A DNA stretch of 62,490 bases, from assembly GCA_002780005.1 (NCBI GenBank), contig PEWV01000013.1:1-62490 (forward strand), in the 5' to 3' direction. Numbering within the stretch: the first letter of the stretch is position 1; every line of letters starts with the position of its first letter. The notes beneath the pieces are model-generated. The model was given only the letters and a program-made list of their open reading frames with translations, searched no databases and was not told the origin of the DNA. Made by a program: the position numbers and the translations under genes. Source of the stretch: Candidatus Aquitaenariimonas noxiae (GTDB taxonomy: Bacteria; Omnitrophota; Gorgyraeia; Aquitaenariimonadales; Aquitaenariimonadaceae). Shown here in pieces: positions 10,359 to 19,326 of this stretch.

Positions 10359-12026
10359 ATGCAATCGAAAGTTATAGTAATAGGTCTAGACGGTGCAACT
10401 TTTAAGATTATAGAACCCCTTCTAGCCCAGAATGCCCTGCCCGGCATCGGAAAACTTGTTAAAAATGGGACGAAGGCCACTCTTTTAAGCACCATCCCTC
10501 CAGCCACCATACCGGCTTGGCCTTCTTTTATGACAGGCATGAATCCGGGAAAACATGGCGTATTTGATTTTTTTAAATATGATAAAGGACGAAATAGGAT
10601 TATTACGGGTGACGATATTTGCGCTAAGACAATTTGGGAAGTTTTAAGCGACTTTGGCAAGAGAAGCATCGTTATGAATGTCCCTGCGACTTATCCTCTA
10701 AAGAAGATAAATGGAATAATTGTCAGCGGGTTGTTAACCCCCGAAGGCGAAGAATTTATAAGCCCTCCCGCAGAAAGAGAATTTATTGATAGCGCTGCGG
10801 ATGGATATAGAATTAATGAGAATATATGTTTATTATCTGACAAAGAAATCCTTTCAGATCTTTACTTAGTTACTCAAAAACAAAGAAAGGCCTTTTTAGC
10901 ATTATTGCAACAAAAAGAGTGGGACTTTGCTATGATAATGTTTCGAGGAACAGACGTAGTGCAGCATCTCTTTTGGGAACAGCAAGAAATTATAAAACAA
11001 TTTTATCGGTTCGTGGATTCGACAGCGGAAGAATTAATCGATATTTTTCCAGATGCTATGATAGTAGTTATATCCGACCATGGTTTTCAGTCCCAAGAAA
11101 AAGATTTTCATATTAATAAATGGCTTGTTGATAATGGGTTTATGAGTATAAAAAGAGGCGGCAAAGATAAATTACAGATATATCAAGAAATCGAAAAACT
11201 TTCCGGGAGGAAAGGTTTTATTTTGAGAACGATGCCGCGGCTGCAATGTCTTGGAAAGTTTTGCAGATGTCTTGGTATCAATAGGGATAAAATTGAAAAT
11301 TTTCTTTCGGGGATAGGAATAAAATGGGCTAAGATGAATATCCCCGATTGGATAAGGAGACTCGTAGCTTCTAAAGATTACCAAATAGATTGGTCGCATA
11401 CAAAAGCCGCGACTTCTCAGTTTTGGACACCCGAATCCAAAGCTATTAGTATCAATGTTAAAGAAAAATTTATGCAAGGAACCGTAGAATCTCATGAATA
11501 TGAAAACATAAGAAAAAAAATATTGGAACAACTTTGTAGATTAGAAGATCCCGAAACAAATAAGCCTATCGTAAAAAAGATTTGGTTAAAAGAAGAATTA
11601 TATTGGGGCCCCTGCCTAGAAGAAGCGCCGGATATGATTTTAGAATTACAAAATGGGTATAATATAACCGATATTTTTACAGCTGAAAGTTATGTGAGTA
11701 AACGAAAGAACTTAAAGGGATGCCATCATAGGGAAGGTATACTTGTAATAGCAGGAAAAGACATTAAGAAAGAACAAATATTGGCAGAAAAGAATATTTT
11801 ATTATGGGATCTGGCTCCAACTATTTTACATTACTTAAATATTCCTATTCCGCAAGATTGCGATGGACGTGTGCTATTAGAACTTTTTGACGAAAACTCA
11901 GATGTTAAAAAAAGGAAAATACAGAAAATACAGATGAATGTCAGCAAGCCTAAACAGGGACCCTATATTTCCAAAGCTCAACAAGAACAAATCAAAGAGC
12001 GTTTACGGGCCTTAGGGTACATTTAA
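10359..12026 (+). CDS. Type I phosphodiesterase/nucleotide pyrophosphatase family protein (alkaline phosphatase superfamily)
   Basis: IGLDGAT, STIPPATIPAWPSFMTG, SDHGF, C-terminal RLRALGYI. Confidence 0.92.
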   Translation: MQSKVIVIGLDGATFKIIEPLLAQNALPGIGKLVKNGTKATLLSTIPPATIPAWPSFMTGMNPGKHGVFDFFKYDKGRNRIITGDDICAKTIWEVLSDFGKRSIVMNVPATYPLKKINGIIVSGLLTPEGEEFISPPAEREFIDSAADGYRINENICLLSDKEILSDLYLVTQKQRKAFLALLQQKEWDFAMIMFRGTDVVQHLFWEQQEIIKQFYRFVDSTAEELIDIFPDAMIVVISDHGFQSQEKDFHINKWLVDNGFMSIKRGGKDKLQIYQEIEKLSGRKGFILRTMPRLQCLGKFCRCLGINRDKIENFLSGIGIKWAKMNIPDWIRRLVASKDYQIDWSHTKAATSQFWTPESKAISINVKEKFMQGTVESHEYENIRKKILEQLCRLEDPETNKPIVKKIWLKEELYWGPCLEEAPDMILELQNGYNITDIFTAESYVSKRKNLKGCHHREGILVIAGKDIKKEQILAEKNILLWDLAPTILHYLNIPIPQDCDGRVLLELFDENSDVKKRKIQKIQMNVSKPKQGPYISKAQQEQIKERLRALGYI

Positions 12027-12095
12027 ATTCTGTGCAGTTTTTGCGATATTGATCAGTACAATAATAAAAGGCAAAAATATCAAGAAAAAACTCAT

Positions 12096-13106
12096 ATGCA
12101 TAGAAGATATAATAAATACAAGATTTTCGCAGTTATAGTTGTTTTTGTAACAGCAGTTGTGGGGTGCTGTATATATAGCCACCGCGTAGCCTCTTTGACG
12201 AGTCTTCAGAAAGAAGTTTATAATTATCTATGTCTGAATTCTTATGTGGGTTCAAAAAACTGGAAGAAGTATCAATATAATCCAATTATAAAATTTGAAG
12301 GAACTGCCGCTGACCCATGTGTGGTGTGGGTAGAGAATGGATATGTTATATTTTTTTGGCACAGGGATTCCAAAGGCATGTTTACGATAAAACGTGCAGA
12401 ATCCAAAAATGGCTTAGAGTGGGAGAATTTTGAAAATGTGCTACTTCAAGGCAGACAGAACGAGTGGGATTCCATTAGTGTAGTGTCTCCAAGCGTAGTT
12501 ATATATAATGGGATATGGTACATGTGGTATCATTCGGGTAAATATCCCCATTATCAAATAGGTTTGGCCACCTCTAAAGATGGTGTTTATTTTGAGAAAT
12601 ATAGAAATAACCCAGTATTAAAACCAGGACTTATGGGCTGTTGGGATTCGCTTGCAGTAAATGCTCCGGAGGTAATTGTAATTGATGGGTTATTTTATAT
12701 GTATTATTCAGGTTATGGGTATTTGAAAAAATCGATCGGACTAGCTATATCTAGAGACGGAATTACATGGAAAAAATTTCCTGGCAACCCGATACTTAAC
12801 CCAGAAGAGAGATGGGAGGGTAACCGCCTACAGTCACCCACCATTTTAAAACATGGAGAGACTTTATATATGTGGTATACAGGCACAAATAGAGTCCGCC
12901 GGATTGGAATAGCGGTGTCAAAAGACGGACTTAATTGGTACAAATGCCCAACTAATCCAGTTATTGAACCTTCTCAAAAGTGGGAAAAATTGCGTAACGG
13001 CGGCATGGCTGTCATGGAAGAAAAAGATAGAATAATTATGTGGTATCACGGAGATAATGATGCATGTTTCAAAATAGGAGTTATGTTTCTAGAGAAAAAC
13101 CCTTAG
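12096..13106 (+). CDS. Exported five-bladed beta-propeller glycosidase-like protein (GH32/43/130-like)
   Basis: N-terminal hydrophobic segment; repeated IGLAxSxDGxxWxKxxxNPV/IL blades. Confidence 0.8.
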   Translation: MHRRYNKYKIFAVIVVFVTAVVGCCIYSHRVASLTSLQKEVYNYLCLNSYVGSKNWKKYQYNPIIKFEGTAADPCVVWVENGYVIFFWHRDSKGMFTIKRAESKNGLEWENFENVLLQGRQNEWDSISVVSPSVVIYNGIWYMWYHSGKYPHYQIGLATSKDGVYFEKYRNNPVLKPGLMGCWDSLAVNAPEVIVIDGLFYMYYSGYGYLKKSIGLAISRDGITWKKFPGNPILNPEERWEGNRLQSPTILKHGETLYMWYTGTNRVRRIGIAVSKDGLNWYKCPTNPVIEPSQKWEKLRNGGMAVMEEKDRIIMWYHGDNDACFKIGVMFLEKNP

Positions 13107-13167
13107 CAAGCTGATCGTGCATGCCGCACGCTTATTGTTGTCGCTGCTTATTAAAAAAGGCTACCGC

Positions 13168-14217
13168 ATGGAAATAGCGTTAATAGGTCCGTATCCGCCA
13201 CCCATGGGAGGGGTTTCCGTTCATATTCAAAGGTTGGCCATGCGCTTAATAGAGAACGGAATTAATTGCACTGTTTATAAAACAAACCGCATTGGCTATA
13301 AAAATAATGCGGATAGTTCAAAAAACCGTTTCTTTAAGTTCTACTTCGTGCCAAAAGAAAATATTATTCATTTCCATTCTTCCGGGTATGAGCTTAAGAT
13401 TTTGATAATAGTACTATATTATATAATTTTAGGCAAAAAACTCGTAATCACATATCATAGCCTAAGAAAAACACGCAAGATTATAGAACTATTAGGCAAA
13501 GTTTTAATCAATTGCATATCAAAATTCAACATTTGCATTATCGCCGTTAATTTTCACATTAAAGAAAATTTTATTAAAATGGGAGTAAACGAAGGGGATG
13601 TTAGACTTATTCCGGCATTTATTCCACCCGTCGTGAACAAAGAGGAAATGACAGCAATTCCTAAAGGAACAAGGGATTTCATCGATATACATAAACCAAT
13701 AATCTCGACAAATGCGGCTAATTTAGTCTATTACAACAACGAAGACCTTTACGGTATTGATATGTGTATAGATTTGTGCACTTACCTTAAAGACGGATAT
13801 CCCAAAATAGGTTTTATCTGCTGCTTGCCGTATATTAAAAACGATTGCTACATAAACATGCTGAAAGAAAGAGTAAAAAAGAATAACATAGAAAATAACT
13901 TCTTATTTCAAGTAGAATCTTGCCAGCTATACCCCATCCTTATGGAGAGTGATATATTTTTGAGACCGACTAATAACGATGGCGATTCGGTATCGCTTAG
14001 AGAAGCGCTCTATTTTTCTATCCCATCGATAGCAAGCGATGTAGTTTCTCGTCCTAGCGGAGCCGTAGTGTTTAAAAATAGAAATATAGATGATTTTATT
14101 TCGAAAGTTAAAAATATGTTAATTGATTATGAAAAGTATAAAGAGAAATTAAAAGGCCTAGAATACGAAGACGGTTTTGATAGTATTCTCAAAAGTTACC
14201 AAAAGTTAAACGGATAA
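13168..14217 (+). CDS. Glycosyltransferase family 4
   Basis: IGPYPPPMGGVSVH, FLRPTNNDGDSVSLREAL; ATG at 13168 preferred over the track start 13117. Confidence 0.9.
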   Translation: MEIALIGPYPPPMGGVSVHIQRLAMRLIENGINCTVYKTNRIGYKNNADSSKNRFFKFYFVPKENIIHFHSSGYELKILIIVLYYIILGKKLVITYHSLRKTRKIIELLGKVLINCISKFNICIIAVNFHIKENFIKMGVNEGDVRLIPAFIPPVVNKEEMTAIPKGTRDFIDIHKPIISTNAANLVYYNNEDLYGIDMCIDLCTYLKDGYPKIGFICCLPYIKNDCYINMLKERVKKNNIENNFLFQVESCQLYPILMESDIFLRPTNNDGDSVSLREALYFSIPSIASDVVSRPSGAVVFKNRNIDDFISKVKNMLIDYEKYKEKLKGLEYEDGFDSILKSYQKLNG

Positions 14218-14231
14218 TCGTTTGCAAAAAA

Positions 14232-14957
14232 ATGCATATATTCAATAATGTTTTAAAAACTCCAAAATGCCCTGACCCTAGAGCGCGATGGAGATGGAAG
14301 TTGCCTCGCGTAAAAGTGATAAACAACCATGATTTCTACTGTAGCATTGTAAAAGGGCGAAGTGTTTTACATGTCGGTTGCGCAGGTCACAAAGAAATGG
14401 TAGATATAAGAATGCACAATAACACTTTTCTTCACAAAAAGTTAATGCCTTATGCTAAAATAACGCATGGGGTAGATATAAACAAGGAAGCAATAGAGTA
14501 CCTGAAAGAAAAATATAATATAAATAATATATTTTATAGTGATATTACGCAAGGAGATCAGCCGGTCGAATTGCTCAAGTTTTATGATATTATTCTTGTT
14601 CCGGAAGTTGTAGAGCATGTTTTAGATGTAGGTATTTTTCTAAAATCAATTAAAAAATTCATGTCCGCACAAAGTGTTTTATTAATAAGTGTTCCTAATA
14701 GTTTTAAAATTCACAATACGCTCACAACATTAAGAGGTTATGAGGAAGTTAACCCAGACCATAAATATTGTTTTAGTTATTCGACCTTGAAAGGCTTGAT
14801 GGAAACAGCAGGTTTTACTGTCGACAGATGGTATGTGACGTTATACGGAAACAAAATAAACGGATTGTTTAAACGATTGTTTATAAAAATCAATCCTTGG
14901 TTTGCCGACGGGATAATAGTTCAATGTAGAACAAATACGGAACAATTTGTGAAATAA
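14232..14957 (+). CDS. Class I SAM-dependent methyltransferase
   Basis: VLHVGCAG, GVDIN, EVVEHV, ISVPN. Confidence 0.88.
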   Translation: MHIFNNVLKTPKCPDPRARWRWKLPRVKVINNHDFYCSIVKGRSVLHVGCAGHKEMVDIRMHNNTFLHKKLMPYAKITHGVDINKEAIEYLKEKYNINNIFYSDITQGDQPVELLKFYDIILVPEVVEHVLDVGIFLKSIKKFMSAQSVLLISVPNSFKIHNTLTTLRGYEEVNPDHKYCFSYSTLKGLMETAGFTVDRWYVTLYGNKINGLFKRLFIKINPWFADGIIVQCRTNTEQFVK

Positions 14958-14991
14958 GTACTTGTTTATACATAATTCTGGGCTGATAAAA

Positions 14992-16119
14992 ATGAAAAAA
15001 ATTAAAGTAATCAATGTTGTTGGATGCAGGCCAAATTTCATCAAAATTTTACCCATAATGAATGAAATGAACAAACATCAAGAGCAATTCAAACAGATTT
15101 TAGTCCATACGGGACAACATTATGATGGCGCTATGTCGAAAACCCTTTTTGAAGATATTTACCTTCCCCAACCGGATGTTTATTTAGGTATTGGCTCAGG
15201 AGCACATGCCGAACAAACGGCAAAGATTATGATTGAATTTGAAAAAGTTTGTATTGACAAAAAACCGGACCTGGTTTTGGTGGTAGGCGACGTTAATTCT
15301 ACCTTAGCGTGTAGCTTAACCGCAGCAAAATTATGCATTCCCATTGCGCATGTAGAAGCAGGTCTTAGGAGCTTTGATCGCTCTATGCCTGAGGAAATTA
15401 ATAGAATAGTTACAGATTCTTTATCCAGTTTTCTTTTTACTACTTGCAGGGATGCAGATAAAAACTTGAAACGAGAAGGCATTTCCGGAAAAAAAATTTA
15501 TTTTGTAGGAAATATAATGATCGATACGCTTATTAAATTTAAAGCAAAAGCTGCAGCAAATACTTGGAAAAAAATGAAAAATATAGATTACGTGCTCTTA
15601 ACCTTACATAGACCAAATAATGTCGATGATAAACACGCGCTTGAAAATATACTTGAGGCGCTCCATGAAATATCAAAGAGGATGCCAATCATATTTCCAG
15701 CCCATCCAAGGACGCAAAAGCAAATCAAAGTCTTTGGTTATGAAAAATATTTTAGACCTTTTGATTTAAAGCAAATAAATTTTATTAACTCTAAAAACTT
15801 AATAAATCTAACAAACCCACTTCCTTATCTTGAATTTTTAAATTTAATGATTAATGCAAAATTTGTCCTTACAGATTCAGGGGGAGTGCAGGAGGAAACA
15901 ACATTTTTAGGCATTTCTTGTTTGACCATTCGTGAAAGTACCGAACGGCCCATTACAGTAGCAGAAGGAACTAATATATTGGTGGGGACCGATAAGGAAA
16001 GAATAATTAATGAAAGTTTGAAAATTATAAGCGGTAGAGGTAAAATGGGTAAAGTACCAAAATTTTGGGATGGTAAAACTGCAAAAAGAATTGTGAATAT
16101 TTTTAAAAAAACACTTTAA
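14992..16119 (+). CDS. wecB: UDP-N-acetylglucosamine 2-epimerase (non-hydrolysing)
   Basis: GCRPNFIK, HTGQHYD, HVEAGLRS, MPEEINR, TDSGGVQEE. Confidence 0.96.
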   Translation: MKKIKVINVVGCRPNFIKILPIMNEMNKHQEQFKQILVHTGQHYDGAMSKTLFEDIYLPQPDVYLGIGSGAHAEQTAKIMIEFEKVCIDKKPDLVLVVGDVNSTLACSLTAAKLCIPIAHVEAGLRSFDRSMPEEINRIVTDSLSSFLFTTCRDADKNLKREGISGKKIYFVGNIMIDTLIKFKAKAAANTWKKMKNIDYVLLTLHRPNNVDDKHALENILEALHEISKRMPIIFPAHPRTQKQIKVFGYEKYFRPFDLKQINFINSKNLINLTNPLPYLEFLNLMINAKFVLTDSGGVQEETTFLGISCLTIRESTERPITVAEGTNILVGTDKERIINESLKIISGRGKMGKVPKFWDGKTAKRIVNIFKKTL

Positions 16120-16151
16120 TTTAATTTTGCTAAAAGTGGTTACACGAATAT

Positions 16152-16227
16152 GCTGGCGTAGCTCAATTGGTAGAGCAGGGCTTTCGTAAAGCTCAGGTCA
16201 TCAGTTCAAGTCTGATCGCCAGCTCCA
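16152..16227 (+). tRNA. tRNA-Thr(CGT)
   Basis: Acceptor GCTGGCG/CGCCAGC, anticodon arm GGGCT-TTCGTAA-AGCTC, T arm ATCAG-TTCAAGT-CTGAT, encoded CCA. Confidence 0.96.
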
Positions 16228-16238
16228 TAGTTCAAAAA

Positions 16239-16349
16239 GCTGGGGGGTGGTTTCCCGCCTATGCTAGACTTTAAACATGCATGAGCGGGACCCCGCGCAC
16301 GAGTTGCAAAAAGGAAGCGTAGGCGGGGCAACTCCACTCGCCAGCTCCA
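16239..16349 (+). repeat. Palindromic element ending in a 12-bp duplicate of the tRNA-Thr 3' end; homologous in inverted orientation to 62304-62383
   Basis: TCGCCAGCTCCA at 16216-16227 and 16338-16349; arms CCCGCCTATGCT/AGCGTAGGCGGG; core CATGCATGAGCGGGACCCCGC. Confidence 0.8.
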
Positions 16350-16362
16350 CTATTCCACAAAA

Positions 16363-17619
16363 ATGGCTAGATTTCGGCATGTCTTAAAAAATAAGAACTT
16401 TTTTTGCCTCTGGGTAGGCCAGATCATATCTCAGTTCGGCGACAGGCTGAACCAGATGGCGCTGATAGCTTTAGTTTATCACAAATCTCCCGGTTCCACG
16501 ATTGAACTCGCCAAGCTTTTATTTTTTATAGTAATCCCGGTATTTGTAATAGGCCCAATAGCTGGGGCCTATGTCGACAGGTGGAACAGAAAATATACAA
16601 TGATCGTGTCTGATATTTTAAGAGGCGTTTTAGTCCTTCTTATACCTTTCTCTATTATTTTTTTAAAACAAACCGTTTTCATTTATCCACTTGTTTTTAT
16701 AATATTTTCGGTAACCCGTTTCTTTCTCCCCAGCAAAATGGCTATAATTCCGAGTATAGTGTCGCCGGATCAACTTCTTGTAGCGAATTCATTATCGGAT
16801 ACAACCAGGATGATCGCGACAGTTATAGGCTTAGGGTTCGCCGGTATTTTGGTAAAGTGGGTTGGCGTGATCGGGAGTTTCTATATTGACTCAGTATCAT
16901 TTTTTATATCAGCGCTATTAACAGCTGCGATAGTTGTTAAAGAAGCAAAGCCAAAATTTAAAAACGGGCTTTTAGTCGCTGAAGAAGCTATAAAAAATGC
17001 AATGAAAAGATCTATTTTTGCTGATATAAAAGCTGGGTTTGAGTATCTGATAAAATTGGAAAAGATACGCTTTGTCGTTTCTATTTTGTTTTTGCTCATG
17101 TCCGGTATAGGAGCTATATTTTGCGTTATTATAGTATTTATACAGAATTCATTTGGTACAATAACAAGCGATATAGGCCTTTTAGGAATGTTTTTGGGGA
17201 TAGGGCTTTTTGCAGGGACTGTTTTTTATGGCAGGGTTATGCAGAACTTCACCAAAAGTAAGGTTATATTTACAAATCTTGCTATAATAGGTGCGTCGAT
17301 TGTTGCGTTTACAGTTTTTGTAAAAGAATTCCAGTCGTTTCTATTCGCTTCGATATTAAGTTTTACAATAGGGTTCTTTGTCGGGCCCATTATTGTCCTA
17401 TGCAATACCCTGGTTCAAGAGGCCTTGCCGGAAGACGCCAGGGGAAGGGTCTTTAGTTCCGTGGAGGCAATTATGCATTTGGGTTTCTTGGTGTTTATGC
17501 TTCTTACTTCTTTCTTAGCTGAATTTATAGGTAACGCTTGGATATTGATAATAATAGGCGGAATATTTAGTCTCTTTGGGATAGGGGGGATTATCTTAAA
17601 ACTAAAGGCAAAGAATTAA
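16363..17619 (+). CDS. MFS transporter (DHA3/MFS_3-like)
   Basis: About 12 TM segments; LWVGQIISQFGD, AGAYVDRWNRK, RGRVFS. Confidence 0.93.
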   Translation: MARFRHVLKNKNFFCLWVGQIISQFGDRLNQMALIALVYHKSPGSTIELAKLLFFIVIPVFVIGPIAGAYVDRWNRKYTMIVSDILRGVLVLLIPFSIIFLKQTVFIYPLVFIIFSVTRFFLPSKMAIIPSIVSPDQLLVANSLSDTTRMIATVIGLGFAGILVKWVGVIGSFYIDSVSFFISALLTAAIVVKEAKPKFKNGLLVAEEAIKNAMKRSIFADIKAGFEYLIKLEKIRFVVSILFLLMSGIGAIFCVIIVFIQNSFGTITSDIGLLGMFLGIGLFAGTVFYGRVMQNFTKSKVIFTNLAIIGASIVAFTVFVKEFQSFLFASILSFTIGFFVGPIIVLCNTLVQEALPEDARGRVFSSVEAIMHLGFLVFMLLTSFLAEFIGNAWILIIIGGIFSLFGIGGIILKLKAKN

Positions 17620-17623
17620 TATG

Positions 17624-17800
17624 TTATCTGTCAGATAGATTTTTTTGATTTGGTTTTGTCGGACATTCGTTGTAATAATTGCACACTATGCAGCAGAGAT
17701 TTTCTTCATTTCTTTCGCCTCTGTACCATTTAGTTTCGCAAGTCCAGTATACCTGGCATTTTTCGCAGCAGTTTAACTTTTTTTCGTTCCGTATACTCAT
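17624..17800 (-). CDS. Small cysteine-rich protein (58 aa) with two CCx2Cx5C motifs
   Basis: Hand translation MSIRNEKKLNCCEKCQVYWTCETKWYRGERNEENLCCIVCNYYNECPTKPNQKNLSDR; AGGAGG SD just upstream; below the ORF-track cutoff. Confidence 0.8.
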   Translation of the reverse strand: MSIRNEKKLNCCEKCQVYWTCETKWYRGERNEENLCCIVCNYYNECPTKPNQKNLSDR

Positions 17801-17869
17801 TATTCCTCCTACTGTAATTATAATTCTTTTTGACCATATGTCAACCTCTTTTTAAAATATGTAATTATT

Positions 17870-17897
17870 TTGACAAAATCTTTTATTTGGGTATAAT
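17870..17897 (+). promoter_or_regulatory. Sigma70-type promoter upstream of the ASKHA gene
   Basis: TTGACA-16 bp-TATAAT. Confidence 0.7.
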
Positions 17898-18066
17898 AAT
17901 TTCTGACGATAGAGATAAAATGATGGCGATTACAGTATTTCTCGAGCAAGGCTTGCCTGCCCATATTCAAAAAGTTTACCTTAACGAATTCCATAAAGAC
18001 AAGAACTCCGCAACATATATTACCGGACATTCTGTCCGTTGTAAGAAAGGCTGAAAAAATCAATAA

Positions 18067-19257
18067 ATGGCTAACCTCGCTGCCGCGTTAGATATAGGAA
18101 CTACAAATATAGGCGGAGCCTTGATAGATCTCGATAAAAAAAGAGTGATTTCAAGCCTCGATGTTCCTAATGAACAGATAGCTTATGGCGATGATATCAT
18201 AAGCAGGCTGAAATTTGCCGGCGCTAAAGATGGAATAAGAGAGCTGAATAAAAAAGTATTAAATTCTATAAACAATATCATCGATTCTTTAATCAAGAAA
18301 TCAAAGGCGGATAAAGGCGATTTAGTGCGCATCTTGGCGGTTGGAAATACAGCAATGTACCATTTAACCCTTCTTTTTCCTGTCGAAACCCTTGCCACCG
18401 CACCTTATGAGGCCTTTGAGTCAAAACTTATCAAAAAAGAAGCAAGCGGACTTGGGCTAAAAAAATTTTCGAAAACAGAGTTTATATTCCTACCAAACAT
18501 AGGAGGATTTGTCGGTTCAGACGCACTAGGTGTAATTATCGCAACAAATATGCATAAAAACGGACCCGTGAAGCTGGCAATTGACTTAGGCACTAACGGA
18601 GAAATCATTTTAGGAAATAAAGATAAAATATTAGTGACTTCAACGGCCGCCGGTCCGGCATTTGAAGGGTGGCACATAAGCTGCGGCATGAGGCCTGCGC
18701 CGGGCGCCATTATACACTTTGATATAAAAAACTCCAAAACATCGGTAAAAACGATCGGAAATCTCCTGCCGAAAGGAATAGCCGGAAGCGGCCTGATTAA
18801 AATTATAGGCAAATTGGTAGAAAACGGCCGCATAGATAAGACAGGCAGGTTAACGCCGGACGTATTTACTGTTTATGAGAAGGGTAAAAGAAAAATATAT
18901 CTCAACCAGAAAGACATAAGGGAAGTTCAGCTTGCTAAATCAGCGATTTTTACAGCCATAACTTTTCTAAAAATAAATTACGATTTGGATTATCAAAATT
19001 TATACGAGACAATTGTTACAGGAAGGTTTGGCGGGGCATTAGATGCCAAGGACTTGCTGAGGATAGCTGCCGTTCCGAGAGAAGCCGGAGGAAAAAAGTT
19101 TAATTTTATAGAAAACCTTGCGCTCAAAGGGGCTTCTATTCTTCTGGCGGAAAACAGAATCGAAGAGATAGAATCTATTTTAAAGATCACAAAGCATGTC
19201 GAACTGCAAAAGGAAAAGGCATTCCAAGAGGAGTTTGCTAAAGGATTAGCGTTTTAA
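18067..19257 (+). CDS. ASKHA-domain ATPase of the RACo/DUF4445 corrinoid-activator family, lacking the N-terminal 2Fe-2S domain
   Basis: LDIGTTN, NEQIAYGDDIISR, VGNTAM, GGFVGSD, IDLGTNGE, AAGPAFEG, QKDIREVQLAKSAI. Confidence 0.9.
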   Translation: MANLAAALDIGTTNIGGALIDLDKKRVISSLDVPNEQIAYGDDIISRLKFAGAKDGIRELNKKVLNSINNIIDSLIKKSKADKGDLVRILAVGNTAMYHLTLLFPVETLATAPYEAFESKLIKKEASGLGLKKFSKTEFIFLPNIGGFVGSDALGVIIATNMHKNGPVKLAIDLGTNGEIILGNKDKILVTSTAAGPAFEGWHISCGMRPAPGAIIHFDIKNSKTSVKTIGNLLPKGIAGSGLIKIIGKLVENGRIDKTGRLTPDVFTVYEKGKRKIYLNQKDIREVQLAKSAIFTAITFLKINYDLDYQNLYETIVTGRFGGALDAKDLLRIAAVPREAGGKKFNFIENLALKGASILLAENRIEEIESILKITKHVELQKEKAFQEEFAKGLAF

Positions 19258-19265
19258 ACCTTGCG

Positions 19266-19295
19266 TTGACTTACAAGTCGTATATATGCTAAAAT
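19266..19295 (+). promoter_or_regulatory. Sigma70-type promoter for the purN operon
   Basis: TTGACT-18 bp-TAAAAT with TG extension. Confidence 0.55.
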
Positions 19296-19326
19296 TAGTA
19301 TCCTAAGAATAGCGTAAGAGGGTTAA

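Noticed and set aside
16239-16349. SRP (4.5S) RNA, or the att site of an integrated island
   Set aside because: It has AGGAAGC but lacks the conserved CAGG...GNRA domain IV; only 110 bp lie between the repeats and no integrase is present
17830-18063. Short ORFs on both strands upstream of the ASKHA gene
   Set aside because: They overlap a consensus promoter and have no clear SD or motifs; a 44-aa peptide from 17920 cannot be excluded
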